From contig JARDVH010000163.1 in assembly GCA_030324005.1 (NCBI GenBank), positions 28,881,134 through 28,945,133 of the forward strand: a stretch of DNA of 64,000 bases, given 5' to 3'. This stretch comes from Negaprion brevirostris. Lineage: Eukaryota. Numbering within the stretch: position 1 is the first letter of the stretch; each line of letters opens with the position of its first letter. The translations under genes were made by a program, and so were the position numbers. Below are positions 63,021-64,000 of this stretch, one piece after another. Under the pieces are notes generated by a model, which made no database searches, was not told the origin of the DNA, and was given only the letters and a program-made list of their open reading frames with translations.

Positions 63021-64000
63021 TGCCCTTGTTAGGCTTTCTTGAGTTAAATATTCTTGTCAATGAAAAACAAATTAGACACCCAATAAATCTAGTTGACAGT
63101 AAACTCATTGAACCAACCACTATTCCTTATTTGACAGCTGCTGCAATCTTTTAACAGAATTGCTTTTAAAAAGCCTGCACCACAACTCTTTTTTTACACT
63201 GGTTGCTTTGCTATTTACAAGAGCAATGTATATGCAAATAAGCTAACCCAAAAGAATCTGTAGTAAACATCTCTCCAGAGTACCAGATGCCTTGATTCAT
63301 TTTCCACTGGCATAAAAGCAGTGATGTTCACTGTAGACTTTGTAAACTCAGCATTGATGGTGGACAATACAATCCAGTAATCAATATTAAGAGGGTCAGT
63401 CATTAGACATGAGATACTTTACATTCCACCCATTGCACACAGAAGTTCAAGTTTGGTTCAGAAGAGGCTTGCTTATGGAAAGCATCTTTTGTGGTGAGCT
63501 TTAGTAGTGTGTGTTGGAAGTAAGCCCAAATTGGCAGTCAGCACAGACTTGATTTCATCTACATTCACATTACAGTGCAGTAATCAAGTCTGTCATTCTT
63601 CACAGAAAAGCATAACAAAAGTTAATTAGCTGCTCACCCTTGATCTTAGGTAAAATAAGAGTTTAAAGAGGGGTTGTCTGGGGATAGACAAAGTATAAAG
63701 CAGAACAGAACAAAATATCAAATAAACAACCTGGAAAATTTGAGTAAGTAGTTAGATTCCCTAAAAGACTTGAATTTGAATTGAGCCTCTTATCTCAGCT
63801 GGTCTGTGCTCACAATATGACTTTTTCAATTTAAACCAGATCACTGGATAAAATATTTCAAGTGCAGATCAACTGTTAGGCAATGGAAATAACCTCCAAA
63901 TATTGGAATTCATGTCCAAAGCAGTGAAAGCAGATTGTGTCCGGTTAGCAAAAACCTTTGACTTAAGAAAACAACTGTCCTATCTCTGTGTCTATCACCT

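Overview
Repeat-rich, gapped vertebrate genomic DNA, almost certainly from a shark (elasmobranch), judged from abundant HE1 V-SINEs, HER1/CR1 LINE ends and SacSINE1-like Deu-SINEs. I recognise no host protein-coding gene, rRNA, tRNA gene or CRISPR array, so the window looks intronic or intergenic. Identifiable ORFs are decayed transposon pieces: CR1-group, Rex1/Babar, Penelope GIY-YIG, Ty3/Gypsy and PIF/Harbinger Myb/SANT-like. The most notable observations are: (1) an element at 2222-3169 joining a tRNA-derived SINE head directly to a LINE endonuclease start and LINE 3' end, suggesting a tRNA-headed, ORF1-less LINE whose deletion derivative is the local SINE; (2) Penelope-derived mini elements with TSDs, fold-back arms and minimal hammerhead ribozyme motifs; (3) a Harbinger system of Myb-gene remnants plus MITEs with varied 3-bp TSDs; (4) HE1 heads with two different 3' tails. 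Several repeat-free islands may be conserved non-coding elements, and a few minus-strand exon-like segments are unverified. Family names come from recognition by eye, not database searches, and boundaries are approximate.
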